From Pseudotevenvirus miller (taxonomy: Duplodnaviria; Heunggongvirae; Uroviricota; Caudoviricetes; Straboviridae): DNA of 50,894 nt. The notes below the pieces were generated by a model, which ran no database searches, was not told where the DNA came from, and was given only the letters and a program-made list of their open reading frames with translations. This document shows, piece after piece, positions 9,682 through 17,648 of the stretch. A program made the translations under genes and the position numbers. The stretch spans positions 1 to 50,894 of the IMG/VR virus record IMGVR_UViG_2706796139_000001; one strand, 5' to 3'. Numbering within the stretch: the first letter of the stretch is position 1; every line of letters starts with the position of its first letter.

Positions 9682-10124
9682 TAATAAATCTCTTTTAAAC
9701 TCAACATGTTAACAAGATTCGCTCTCTGCAAATCAAACACGCATTGTGTTTTACCTGCATACAGCTTATCAACTTCATACACCATACAAACGAAACCACA
9801 ATTGTGCAAGCGTTCGCGTTCGTACTTGTCGAACCATTTCGAAAGTTTAGGCAATGAAGCAAAACCAAAATTCAGGCCATTGAATCCATCACGACATTCG
9901 AGATTACGGGTCAGTCGTAGATCCTCCCACGGGGCCGGATGTCGTGAATCATCAATGGAAATACAAGGACGAGGATTGATATAAAAGTTTTCCAACCATT
10001 TTAAAGTTGTTTTGTTAAACACCCTTGTAACGTATGGGCCGACATTGCGCTCCCAAATAACGCGTTTAGGGTTGTTTTCTCTGATAACAGAGACATTTAA
10101 CTCAATACGGTAGACTAACATCAT
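9681..10124 (-). CDS. Hypothetical protein (VYRIE..GPY..HPAPWED..FGFAS)
   Basis: Fills the gap in the operon; SD GAGG upstream. Confidence 0.65.
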   Translation of the reverse strand: MMLVYRIELNVSVIRENNPKRVIWERNVGPYVTRVFNKTTLKWLENFYINPRPCISIDDSRHPAPWEDLRLTRNLECRDGFNGLNFGFASLPKLSKWFDKYERERLHNCGFVCMVYEVDKLYAGKTQCVFDLQRANLVNMLSLKEIY

Positions 10125-10139
10125 ATCATCCTCGCAATA

Positions 10140-10814
10140 TTATTCCGGTTTACAAGTACGATACCACTTATCTAATTTCTTATCAAGCAGTTTATTGATC
10201 ACTTGCGCAATTTCCGTTGTTCCGTGGGTTGTGTTCAGTTCCAGATAGATGACATCCAGAGCACACACGATCGCATCAACACTTTCTTCTACGATATTGC
10301 CCCCGCGTTGAGGCTGAACCAGACATTCGGAAATTTCCCCGACTTCTGCCGATAGGTGATGAACAACATCACTCTTTGTGCGTTTCTTGACCTGATGTGC
10401 AACTTTGAAAAATTTGTCAAGCACAACAGAGGAATTTTCACGCGGGACGATCTCGCCTCCAGCATTTGATTCTACCATCGTTTTCTCGACAACATTTGAT
10501 TTTTCCATCATTTTCTTGAATGCACTTGGAGTAATGATATCTTTATTTTCTGGCGCTTCGATTTCGTTCATAGAGACATATACAGGATTAAACATTGAAT
10601 CCATGATATCAAACGTAACCGGACAGGAGACACCCTCAAGATAAACTGAGTTCGGCATGACCATGCAGATTTTACGCGGTGCGTTGAAGTCCATCGGATT
10701 CTTTCGCAACTCTTCATAGACACGACGAACTGGGTCTGTCTGTTTAACCATCTGTGCAACTGCGAGAAAAATCGATTTTGGGGCGTACATGTCGCCTACT
10801 TTATACTTGCTCAT
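10140..10814 (-). CDS. Protein with a C-terminal MazG-like NTP pyrophosphohydrolase domain
   Basis: HLSAEVGEISE...IVEESVDAIVCALD fits the all-alpha EExxE..EExxD pattern; N-terminal half unrecognised. Confidence 0.6.
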   Translation of the reverse strand: MSKYKVGDMYAPKSIFLAVAQMVKQTDPVRRVYEELRKNPMDFNAPRKICMVMPNSVYLEGVSCPVTFDIMDSMFNPVYVSMNEIEAPENKDIITPSAFKKMMEKSNVVEKTMVESNAGGEIVPRENSSVVLDKFFKVAHQVKKRTKSDVVHHLSAEVGEISECLVQPQRGGNIVEESVDAIVCALDVIYLELNTTHGTTEIAQVINKLLDKKLDKWYRTCKPE

Positions 10815-11085
10815 TAACAATACCTTTATAGTAACCAAAAATAAAACAGTTCACGGTCGGACGTTCGCCAGGGAAGTGAACACATTGCATGATGCGTTCT
10901 GCCATTAAAACATCGTCAAGATAAACACACGTTGTTTCTTCGTTATAATGACTGTCATATGATGTACGCTTAACCATACCAGGCAAACCAGCAATGTGCA
11001 TGAATTTAGCGTTGCTGCACGGCTTTCCTGGTTTATCGTCGTAACATAAAACTACATTAGTTTTGCTGTTTTTTGGTCTGCTCAT
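10801..11085 (-). CDS. Hypothetical protein
   Basis: Co-oriented and overlaps both neighbours. Confidence 0.6.
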   Translation of the reverse strand: MSRPKNSKTNVVLCYDDKPGKPCSNAKFMHIAGLPGMVKRTSYDSHYNEETTCVYLDDVLMAERIMQCVHFPGERPTVNCFIFGYYKGIVNEQV

Positions 11086-11672
11086 TTGTTCACCACATCA
11101 TTATATGTTGTTAAGTTCCATTCATGCACTTCCGGTACTTTGGAATAGTGATCCAGGAAGATTAGCTGTACTTGCATAACACTAGCACGATTCATATTGA
11201 ACAGGAAGCGTTGAGGGGAAGAAATACACAGGTAATCTTCTGTTGTTCCTCTGCTCGCAGTAAATTCTTTTGTTTCACCACCATCAAATTTTGCATAAAC
11301 GGTCGTGGAGAAGTACGGCGCATAAAGATTACGTTTTTCATCGTCAGTAATCGCGCTAAAACAGGCGCTGACGAGTTTTCCGCTACCTTCCCTCGTGATG
11401 GTGAAGGTTGTTCCCTTCGTGCGCCCTAAGACGTTTACAACGCGATCTGTGACATCACCGAAAGCATTCGTATAGTTCACGGTTTCTACAAACCCATTAT
11501 CGCGACGTTCCTGCAACATCTTTTCGTGTTGTTCAGCAGCGTCTTTCTCCGCTGCTTGTTCTGCTGCTTGATAAACCAGTTTATTCGGATCTCTTGATTG
11601 CCACGCAAAGAAAAACACTCCAGCGGCTATCAGTCCGAAAATTGTCCATCGTGCGGTTCCTGATAGTTTCAT
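11082..11672 (-). CDS. Single-pass membrane protein with a probable periplasmic domain
   Basis: N-terminal TM (WTIFGLIAAGVFFFAW), then a soluble domain of about 170 aa. Confidence 0.65.
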   Translation of the reverse strand: MKLSGTARWTIFGLIAAGVFFFAWQSRDPNKLVYQAAEQAAEKDAAEQHEKMLQERRDNGFVETVNYTNAFGDVTDRVVNVLGRTKGTTFTITREGSGKLVSACFSAITDDEKRNLYAPYFSTTVYAKFDGGETKEFTASRGTTEDYLCISSPQRFLFNMNRASVMQVQLIFLDHYSKVPEVHEWNLTTYNDVVNK

Positions 11673-11685
11673 TTTCTGTTCCTGA

Positions 11686-11703
11686 AATGGGGCCGAAGCC
11701 CCC
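11686..11703 (-). terminator. Hairpin with cUUCGg loop
   Basis: ggggc-ttcg-gcccc then atttc on the minus strand. Confidence 0.6.
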
Positions 11704-11708
11704 TTAGA

Positions 11709-12038
11709 TTAACGTAAGTATTTGACATACCCAGACGCATCGATGCTGTTTTCTGGGTTGTTGTAGATGTTACCACGAATACCCTTAGCAGGTGCTTTCC
11801 AGCCAGCGGCTTTGTAGATATTCCCGTCATTATCCAGGAATCCGGCAACTGAACGCTGGTTGAACATTTCACCAGTTTCTTTGTTGCGAGTATCCTGCAC
11901 GATGCGGTGATACTTACGACCTTTCTCCAGAGTGAAAACAGTTTCAAACGGAGAATCCTGGAAACGTGCGTTACGAGCAACGAACATCGCGTTCAGGTAA
12001 GGTGCTGCGGCGTTAGCGAGAGTTTCAAAAGTATTCAT
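11709..12038 (-). CDS. Conserved phage hypothetical protein
   Basis: GRKYHRI..SVAGFLDNDGNIYKAAGWKAPAKGIRGNI resembles a widespread myophage family; SD AAGGAG before ATG 12038. Confidence 0.7.
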   Translation of the reverse strand: MNTFETLANAAAPYLNAMFVARNARFQDSPFETVFTLEKGRKYHRIVQDTRNKETGEMFNQRSVAGFLDNDGNIYKAAGWKAPAKGIRGNIYNNPENSIDASGYVKYLR

Positions 12039-12069
12039 GGTAAATCTCCTTAGTTCGTTTCGATGTGTG

Positions 12070-12098
12070 TACTGTATCAAAGTCGGTATTTTAAAGCA
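12070..12098 (-). promoter_or_regulatory. Sigma70-type early promoter
   Basis: TTGCTT-17-TACAGT followed by the leader acacacatcgaaacgaa. Confidence 0.6.
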
Positions 12099-12104
12099 AG
12101 CGTT

Positions 12105-12323
12105 TTATTGATTTTCGAGCAAATAATTTAAATGGGCTTTCAGTGCCGGAAGTTCAGCAATATGATTCTGCTTAACTTTCTCATACTCTTTACGTTCCCA
12201 CGGTTCCAGATCAGAAGCCAGTGCTTCATTGCAGTATGCGATCCCGCGTTCCGCATCTTGAACCATTTGGGTCCACTGTTTTACCGCTTGTTGGTGCATT
12301 GAACCGTTAACCATCATAATCAT
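12105..12323 (-). CDS. Small hypothetical protein
   Basis: SD GGAGG; has its own upstream -10 element. Confidence 0.65.
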   Translation of the reverse strand: MIMMVNGSMHQQAVKQWTQMVQDAERGIAYCNEALASDLEPWERKEYEKVKQNHIAELPALKAHLNYLLENQ

Positions 12324-12347
12324 TTCCTCCCTTGTTTTGATGGGATA

Positions 12348-12392
12348 ACTATATCAAAGCTACCCCGCGAAGTCTTTAGCAAAAAGTGCTAT
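12348..12392 (-). promoter_or_regulatory. Promoter with -10 TATAGT, no canonical -35, and an upstream 20-bp box
   Basis: -10 at 12348-12353; -35 position reads AAGACT; box tctttagcaaaaagtgctat at 12373-12392. Confidence 0.5.
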
Positions 12393-12556
12393 GAATGCAC
12401 CCAATTTCCAATCGCTACGATAAAGCAGGTAATGAAAGGTGCATTACAGAAAAAGTAGATCCCGTAATCAAATTCGGGAATTTTAAAATTGTGGGCTGCG
12501 AGATAAACAAAGTTAGCAAACACCCACAAAGAAAAGACGATCAAGAATTCGAACAT
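12389..12556 (-). CDS. 55-aa membrane protein absent from the ORF track
   Basis: Manual translation: MFEFLIVFSLWVFANFVYLAAHNFKIPEFDYGIYFFCNAPFITCFIVAIGNWVHS*; overlaps the upstream ORF end. Confidence 0.6.
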   Translation of the reverse strand: MFEFLIVFSLWVFANFVYLAAHNFKIPEFDYGIYFFCNAPFITCFIVAIGNWVHS

Positions 12557-12765
12557 AAATCAACCTGTTTTCCCTGATACCATTTCGGGAATGTAACCTT
12601 TTCAATCAAGATCCGCGCCAGGTTGTAACTGTCACCGAAGAGAAGAACCCCGAACAGTGGGTCTTTTTTAATATCACCCTTACCGACTGTTCTCATATGT
12701 CCTTGATGAATCACGGTATCGCCCACCGTGATATCTTTGATACTGACTTTTGTTACATGATACAT
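12541..12765 (-). CDS. Hypothetical protein
   Basis: Co-oriented and overlaps both neighbours. Confidence 0.65.
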   Translation of the reverse strand: MYHVTKVSIKDITVGDTVIHQGHMRTVGKGDIKKDPLFGVLLFGDSYNLARILIEKVTFPKWYQGKQVDLCSNS

Positions 12766-12914
12766 ACGATAACCTCAGCGAGTTTAGCAGGTTTTGCTTC
12801 TGGTCTGATTTTCAGCGCATCATTTAAATTGTTTTCAACCATTGCTACCGCGTCGTTTTCGTTGAAACCATTCTTAACCAGTGCTTTAACTACTTTGGCT
12901 TCTAAGTTTTTCAT
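12753..12914 (-). CDS. 53-aa hypothetical protein
   Basis: SD AGGA before ATG 12914; has its own promoter. Confidence 0.6.
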   Translation of the reverse strand: MKNLEAKVVKALVKNGFNENDAVAMVENNLNDALKIRPEAKPAKLAEVIVCIM

Positions 12915-12949
12915 GATGCGTTCCTTTCTCTGTTTCGTTTCGATGTGTG

Positions 12950-12978
12950 TAATATACTGCATATCGAAATTCGGGTCA
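12950..12978 (-). promoter_or_regulatory. Sigma70-type early promoter
   Basis: TTGACC-17-TATATT followed by the same acacacatcgaaacgaa leader. Confidence 0.7.
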
Positions 12979-12987
12979 ATACCCAAA

Positions 12988-13473
12988 TCAAAGAAAATCG
13001 TATTTTTCTTTTAATTTTTCGTAATACGTACCCCATGCGGCTTCGTCGTTAATGATCTCAGTACCGAACCGATAAACACGTTTTCGCAGTTCGAAACGTT
13101 CACGGATACGCTCAACATTGATTTTCACTGATTCCGGCGTGGGTTTCCAGTCTGCACAAAGATGACGATGAAACAAGGAGTTTAACAACGGACTAAGATC
13201 GAAATCTTCATATGTTCCGTCCATGTATTCTTTACCATTACGTGCGAGGTATTCAGCACGTAATGCAGCATGACGATCGCGAAGGTATCCCAGCTTATTG
13301 TAAAAGAAGGTTACGTGTCCAGTTCCCAGCGTATACACAGCAGGTATTTTAGACAGGTTGATTTTTGCCTTACCGGATAAAACGGCATTGGGAATGCGCG
13401 GGAGTTCGCGGAGTTCTGCGATCAGGTGTTCGTTCAGCAGAAGAGAAGGATCGATTGTGTTAATACGTGTCAT
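12988..13473 (-). CDS. denV: Pyrimidine-dimer DNA glycosylase / endonuclease V
   Basis: MTRIN catalytic N-terminus, HLIAELRELPRI, YTLGTGHVTFFYNKL. Confidence 0.88.
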   Translation of the reverse strand: MTRINTIDPSLLLNEHLIAELRELPRIPNAVLSGKAKINLSKIPAVYTLGTGHVTFFYNKLGYLRDRHAALRAEYLARNGKEYMDGTYEDFDLSPLLNSLFHRHLCADWKPTPESVKINVERIRERFELRKRVYRFGTEIINDEAAWGTYYEKLKEKYDFL

Positions 13474-13499
13474 AATTGCCTCCGTTTGTGTATGTGCGC

Positions 13500-13554
13500 A
13501 ATATACAAAAAAGCCCCCTGCATTGCAAGAGGCTTCTTTAGCAAAAAGTGCTAT
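13500..13554 (-). promoter_or_regulatory. PeSL-type promoter plus the upstream 20-bp box
   Basis: TTGCAA-17-TATATT with the -35 in a hairpin; box at 13535-13554. Confidence 0.7.
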
Positions 13555-13850
13555 TATCTCAATAGTCGTTTACGAATACCGCCATCACGGGTTTGGTCGT
13601 AAATCGCTTTTGCTTCTACTATTGTCTTTTTCAGTGTATGGCTTTCCCCGTGTCCGGTAAAATAGAACTCAACGAACCCTTCGTAAAGGTTTACATGGGT
13701 CGTCACACCTTCACCACGGAAGTGTTTCACAAACTGGCGCGTATTATACTTAAACCAATCATGGGCTTCCCCGTGTCTGTATAAGGAGTGGATCACCAAT
13801 GCACCACCAATGCTAACCAGAATAAGGCCAATTACTATAAGAGCGTTCAT
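13554..13850 (-). CDS. Hypothetical membrane protein
   Basis: N-terminal TM helix; TAATG coupling to the upstream ORF. Confidence 0.65.
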   Translation of the reverse strand: MNALIVIGLILVSIGGALVIHSLYRHGEAHDWFKYNTRQFVKHFRGEGVTTHVNLYEGFVEFYFTGHGESHTLKKTIVEAKAIYDQTRDGGIRKRLLR

Positions 13851-14056
13851 TATTTTCCCCTGTTCACAGACTGACGATGTAGCGCACGGTTGATGCGCGG
13901 TGCTTTATATGGTTTTACTTTGTATGGAGTCGGTTCTTCGTATGGAATTCGACTACACAAATCAACACAAGGTGTATTAACCCAACGAATAGAATCAATC
14001 AGGCAACTTACCAGAGTGCGGCTAATCATAGTACCGCCTAATACCGCTATGCGCAT
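13850..14056 (-). CDS. Hypothetical protein
   Basis: Likely start MRIAVLGG at 14056, just after the stop of 14065..14208. Confidence 0.5.
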   Translation of the reverse strand: MRIAVLGGTMISRTLVSCLIDSIRWVNTPCVDLCSRIPYEEPTPYKVKPYKAPRINRALHRQSVNRGK

Positions 14057-14064
14057 AAAACCCC

Positions 14065-14208
14065 CTATCGTGCCGCCAGAAGACGAAGCCATTCACCCAA
14101 CCAAACGATCGCCTCGTAAGACAACCATAATCCGATTGATACAATCGAAATCATACCAATAATTGCAAATGCGAATAGAACCTTAAACCCTTCTTTCAAA
14201 TCAAACAT
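14065..14208 (-). CDS. 47-aa membrane protein absent from the ORF track
   Basis: MFDLKEGFKVLFAFAIIGMISIVSIGLWLSYEAIVWLGEWLRLLAAR*; SD AGAGGA. Confidence 0.65.
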   Translation of the reverse strand: MFDLKEGFKVLFAFAIIGMISIVSIGLWLSYEAIVWLGEWLRLLAAR

Positions 14209-14237
14209 AAATTGTCCTCTTTTGTCTCAGTCACTAT

Positions 14238-14275
14238 AAAATAACAAAGCCCCTGCACGAATGCAAGGGCTTTTT
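14238..14275 (-). promoter_or_regulatory. PeSL-type promoter/terminator
   Basis: aaagcccTTGCAT tcgtgcaggggctttgt TATTTT (17-nt spacer). Confidence 0.65.
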
Positions 14276-14276
14276 A

Positions 14277-14558
14277 TTATAATTCTGTCATTTGGGGAAG
14301 TTTCAGAACCATACCAGGAAGAATATGACTGGCATTCTTAACTGTATCTCGATTCAGCTTTGCGATGGTGCGCCAGCGTTCACCGCATCCATACAGATTA
14401 TACGCAATAGAATACATTGTATCGCCAGGCTGAACGATGTATTCACCATATTCAGTTGTAATTAAAGCAGGGTTCATTACTCGATCGAACATCTGTACTT
14501 TTGCTTCATCCAATGTTTTAGCACGTACAGATATACCAGCAAATGTTAATTTGATCAT
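14277..14558 (-). CDS. LysM-domain protein
   Basis: YIVQPGDTMYSIAYNLYG..WRTIAKLN....NASHILPGMVLKLP is a canonical LysM; no signal peptide. Confidence 0.85.
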   Translation of the reverse strand: MIKLTFAGISVRAKTLDEAKVQMFDRVMNPALITTEYGEYIVQPGDTMYSIAYNLYGCGERWRTIAKLNRDTVKNASHILPGMVLKLPQMTEL

Positions 14559-15226
14559 CGTTTCCTCGGAAAACTAAGTTCGTCAGTTTCTTCTTCGGTC
14601 GGCGGTTCTTCCAACCCCATTGCATAACGCATAGCATAGATTAACATCAACGCATCTTTTGCGCAATCGTGAATTGAGTTGTGCATCACAAAACCATTCA
14701 AAATACCTTTACGCAGAGGACAGGTAGAAGCCCCACGGGTTAGCAGTCGGTTTTCAATCGCTGTACGCACATCACGGCTATTCCAGAACACGGTAGGCAT
14801 ATCATCAAAGATATCAACCTTCCCTGTCATCTTGCGCACCACGTCAACCAGGATACCGCGATCGAACTCAGGGCCACGAACATAATCGAGTGATTGCCAA
14901 CGGCTTACACCGTCTGCTTTCAAGTCCTCGAAAAACTGTTTATGTCCTTCGTATAGGTCGATATCATCAGGCGAAGGTTTCAGAATAGCACGGGCTTCTT
15001 CACTTTGCTGTTTCCACCAATCGATCGTTGATTTGTCTGCAATGCGATCTGGTTGCTTACGCAAATCAAATTTATATTTTTTGCCGCGTGACACCAGTTC
15101 TTCGAACGTTGGCGGGTTGTGCGGATCATCGATAAACGGAACGTAAGACAGTTCGACGATTTTACCGTTTGGTGATGGTCCTACAGTTTCGTAGTCCCAT
15201 ACATAATCAACGTAAAGATGCGTCAT
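14555..15226 (-). CDS. dexA: Exonuclease A
   Basis: DEDDh: WDYETVG, TIDWWKQQS, RGPEFD, HNSIHDCAKD; T4-like C-terminus YAMGLE. Confidence 0.9.
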   Translation of the reverse strand: MTHLYVDYVWDYETVGPSPNGKIVELSYVPFIDDPHNPPTFEELVSRGKKYKFDLRKQPDRIADKSTIDWWKQQSEEARAILKPSPDDIDLYEGHKQFFEDLKADGVSRWQSLDYVRGPEFDRGILVDVVRKMTGKVDIFDDMPTVFWNSRDVRTAIENRLLTRGASTCPLRKGILNGFVMHNSIHDCAKDALMLIYAMRYAMGLEEPPTEEETDELSFPRKR

Positions 15227-15518
15227 GGTGAATCCTTCTATATTCAGTCATGAAGCCAGCCAACGCAAGAGCTACTTTCGGAGTGATATCAAATTCGCTA
15301 ATTTCTTCGCCACATAATGATTGCATACCGAACTGACGCAAACCACAGTTGTAGATCGATTGTTCGAGTCGTTTTGCATTTTCAACTGCTTCCACAAATT
15401 CACACAGATAGTCATAATCAACATGTAATGGGATTTGTTCGCGGGGGGTCTTTAAAATCAGATCTGCAATCAGATCTGCATGAAGACGAGATAATTTCAT
15501 AGAGATATCAGTTTTCAT
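15207..15518 (-). CDS. Hypothetical protein
   Basis: Between dda and dexA, coupled to neighbours. Confidence 0.6.
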   Translation of the reverse strand: MKTDISMKLSRLHADLIADLILKTPREQIPLHVDYDYLCEFVEAVENAKRLEQSIYNCGLRQFGMQSLCGEEISEFDITPKVALALAGFMTEYRRIHHDASLR

Positions 15519-15826
15519 TAGAAACCTTCCCAAAGTTCTTTTTTCTCGTATACGTTGCGAGTCATACGGAGGATCGCAACAACAACGGTGTATTCTTCGT
15601 AAGTCAGTTCTATATCTTTAGTGATATCTTTCCATGTTACGCAAGGCCCGTTAGGACTATAGATCCCGATGTTTTTATTTGCGTTTCTGATGAACTCCAG
15701 ACGGCGAATTACTTCATTTAGGTCAGCGCTGGAATACATACCAATCATTCCGCGTCCTTCATCACCAATACGCGCAACGCCTCTCAGAATTTCATCAATA
15801 TCGTTCGCTTTTAAAATAATTTTCAT
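15518..15826 (-). CDS. Hypothetical protein
   Basis: SD GAGG before ATG 15826. Confidence 0.6.
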   Translation of the reverse strand: MKIILKANDIDEILRGVARIGDEGRGMIGMYSSADLNEVIRRLEFIRNANKNIGIYSPNGPCVTWKDITKDIELTYEEYTVVVAILRMTRNVYEKKELWEGF

Positions 15827-15851
15827 AATAACCTCAAAGGGGCAAAAGCCC

Positions 15852-17183
15852 CTATACATAATCAACGGTATAACGTGCGCGGGTAACGCCCACGTAGATT
15901 AATTGTTTACACAGGTCGTAATCAGCGAAAGCGTAAGCATCGCGTGTGTACATGTAAGCATGGTCATACGTGCTTCCCTGTGCTTTATGGTACGTACAAA
16001 CAGGAAGAGGCTTAACGTCCTGAAACTTGTTTTTAATCGCCCAGAATGAATGCCACGGGGCTTTATAACCTGTCTGCTGCTTGATGCGCTTATAGTTGCT
16101 CGCGACATAAGCCAGATAGTTCCCCAGACGTTCTTTCATCACCGGATCAACAACAACCTGAATCTGTGCTTCCTGTTCTTCTTCTAAGGATACCGTTTTC
16201 AAAAGGTAATAGTCAATAGAAATTTTCTCGTCGCACTTTTCAGCCTTAATGACTTCGGTTCGCGGGACAATTTCAAGAACACGAATCTTTTCGTTGTTGT
16301 TGTAAATGATCTCGGTGAATATCTGCCCGTTTAAACGCATTTCCTGAACTAACGGTTCCTGCATCACGATCACTTCATCGAGAATAAAAGGTTGCGTTGT
16401 TTTGTACAGGTGTTTTCGGATCGTTGCGTTCAGTTTGTCTACGTTGTCGTTGGTGTAGGCAAACATACGGTTTTCCATCAGGTCATCAGGCGTTTTCACA
16501 CGACGAAAATACTGTTTCAGGAAGTCTACAGCGTTCGCATGTTGGAATACGCCCATATCCCCGACCGACATCGGTTTAAGCATCTTACCATCGCGTACAG
16601 CGCGTGAAACCTGAATGATTGGGTTTCCTTCTGCCTGTCGCATGATTTTATCAAGACGAATAACGTCAAAGATTTCTTCATCAAAGAATGGTGATAGTTC
16701 GGTTCGTCCATCAGCATTCACCGGACGGATCTGATCTTTGTCACCCAATCCCAGAATAACCGCATGGCTGGGAATAGTTCGCTTAATGATGCGAAACATT
16801 TCGTGATCAACCATCGATACTTCTTCAACAACAAACACACGACATTCAGACAGATCAGGCGCTTTTTTACCGCGTTGTTGTTCGAATACGCGGATCTCTT
16901 CATTAGTCACAGGGCTAATTTTCAAAGCAGAATGAATCGTCGTTGCATCCATACCTGTAGCCGCTGCGAGTACGTTTTTAGCCTGGTGCGTCGGGGCTGT
17001 TAACCACAACCCGCTAATCCCCATACTTTTTAGGGTTTCGAAGATAAACTTCACCAGCGTAGTTTTACCAACACCAGGGCCACCCGTGATTGTGGTATGC
17101 ACCTTGTTTTGAATGTTTTTAATTACTCGATCATGACCTTTCTTCTGGTCATCACTCAGATCATCAAATGTTAACTCGTTCAT
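15852..17183 (-). CDS. dda: SF1B DNA helicase Dda
   Basis: GGPGVGKT, APTHQA, EEVSM, GDKDQIRPV, TYHKAQGST, YVGVTRAR. Confidence 0.95.
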   Translation of the reverse strand: MNELTFDDLSDDQKKGHDRVIKNIQNKVHTTITGGPGVGKTTLVKFIFETLKSMGISGLWLTAPTHQAKNVLAAATGMDATTIHSALKISPVTNEEIRVFEQQRGKKAPDLSECRVFVVEEVSMVDHEMFRIIKRTIPSHAVILGLGDKDQIRPVNADGRTELSPFFDEEIFDVIRLDKIMRQAEGNPIIQVSRAVRDGKMLKPMSVGDMGVFQHANAVDFLKQYFRRVKTPDDLMENRMFAYTNDNVDKLNATIRKHLYKTTQPFILDEVIVMQEPLVQEMRLNGQIFTEIIYNNNEKIRVLEIVPRTEVIKAEKCDEKISIDYYLLKTVSLEEEQEAQIQVVVDPVMKERLGNYLAYVASNYKRIKQQTGYKAPWHSFWAIKNKFQDVKPLPVCTYHKAQGSTYDHAYMYTRDAYAFADYDLCKQLIYVGVTRARYTVDYV

Positions 17184-17467
17184 ACTTTGAGTATTACCCC
17201 TTGAATTTTCGAATTCTCAATAAACCAACGCATTTCTTTTTTCTGTTCCTCGGTAGCCGGAAGCATTTCAGTTTTACGGAATAAACTAAAACGTGATCCA
17301 TCAGGCACGTAATCAATTTTTGTTTGATAGCAATTGCGAATGAACTGCAATTTAGCATTTGCTGAGTTCTGATCAAGGAACAGTTCTGGCGGTTTTCCCT
17401 TTTCGGTGTAAGGAACAGTGAACCCGTCTTTGTCTTTCGTAACAATGATGTAATATTTGTCAATCAT
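17180..17467 (-). CDS. Hypothetical protein at the dda.1 position
   Basis: Synteny; SD GAGG before ATG 17467. Confidence 0.6.
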   Translation of the reverse strand: MIDKYYIIVTKDKDGFTVPYTEKGKPPELFLDQNSANAKLQFIRNCYQTKIDYVPDGSRFSLFRKTEMLPATEEQKKEMRWFIENSKIQGVILKV

Positions 17468-17648
17468 CTTTATGCCCCTCATACATGATATAAAACAAAC
17501 CCATAAACCATAACATCGATAATACAATAAGGAGAGGTCTATTGTCAACACCGTTTACGTGGAAAACGCACCATCCAAAGAGATACGTTATCACCGCGCA
17601 CACGATGTATGACATAAAGATTATGCCGTAGAGCGCGGTGATGTCCAT
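17460..17648 (-). CDS. Small two-TM membrane protein
   Basis: Two hydrophobic segments. Confidence 0.6.
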   Translation of the reverse strand: MDITALYGIIFMSYIVCAVITYLFGWCVFHVNGVDNRPLLIVLSMLWFMGLFYIMYEGHKDD

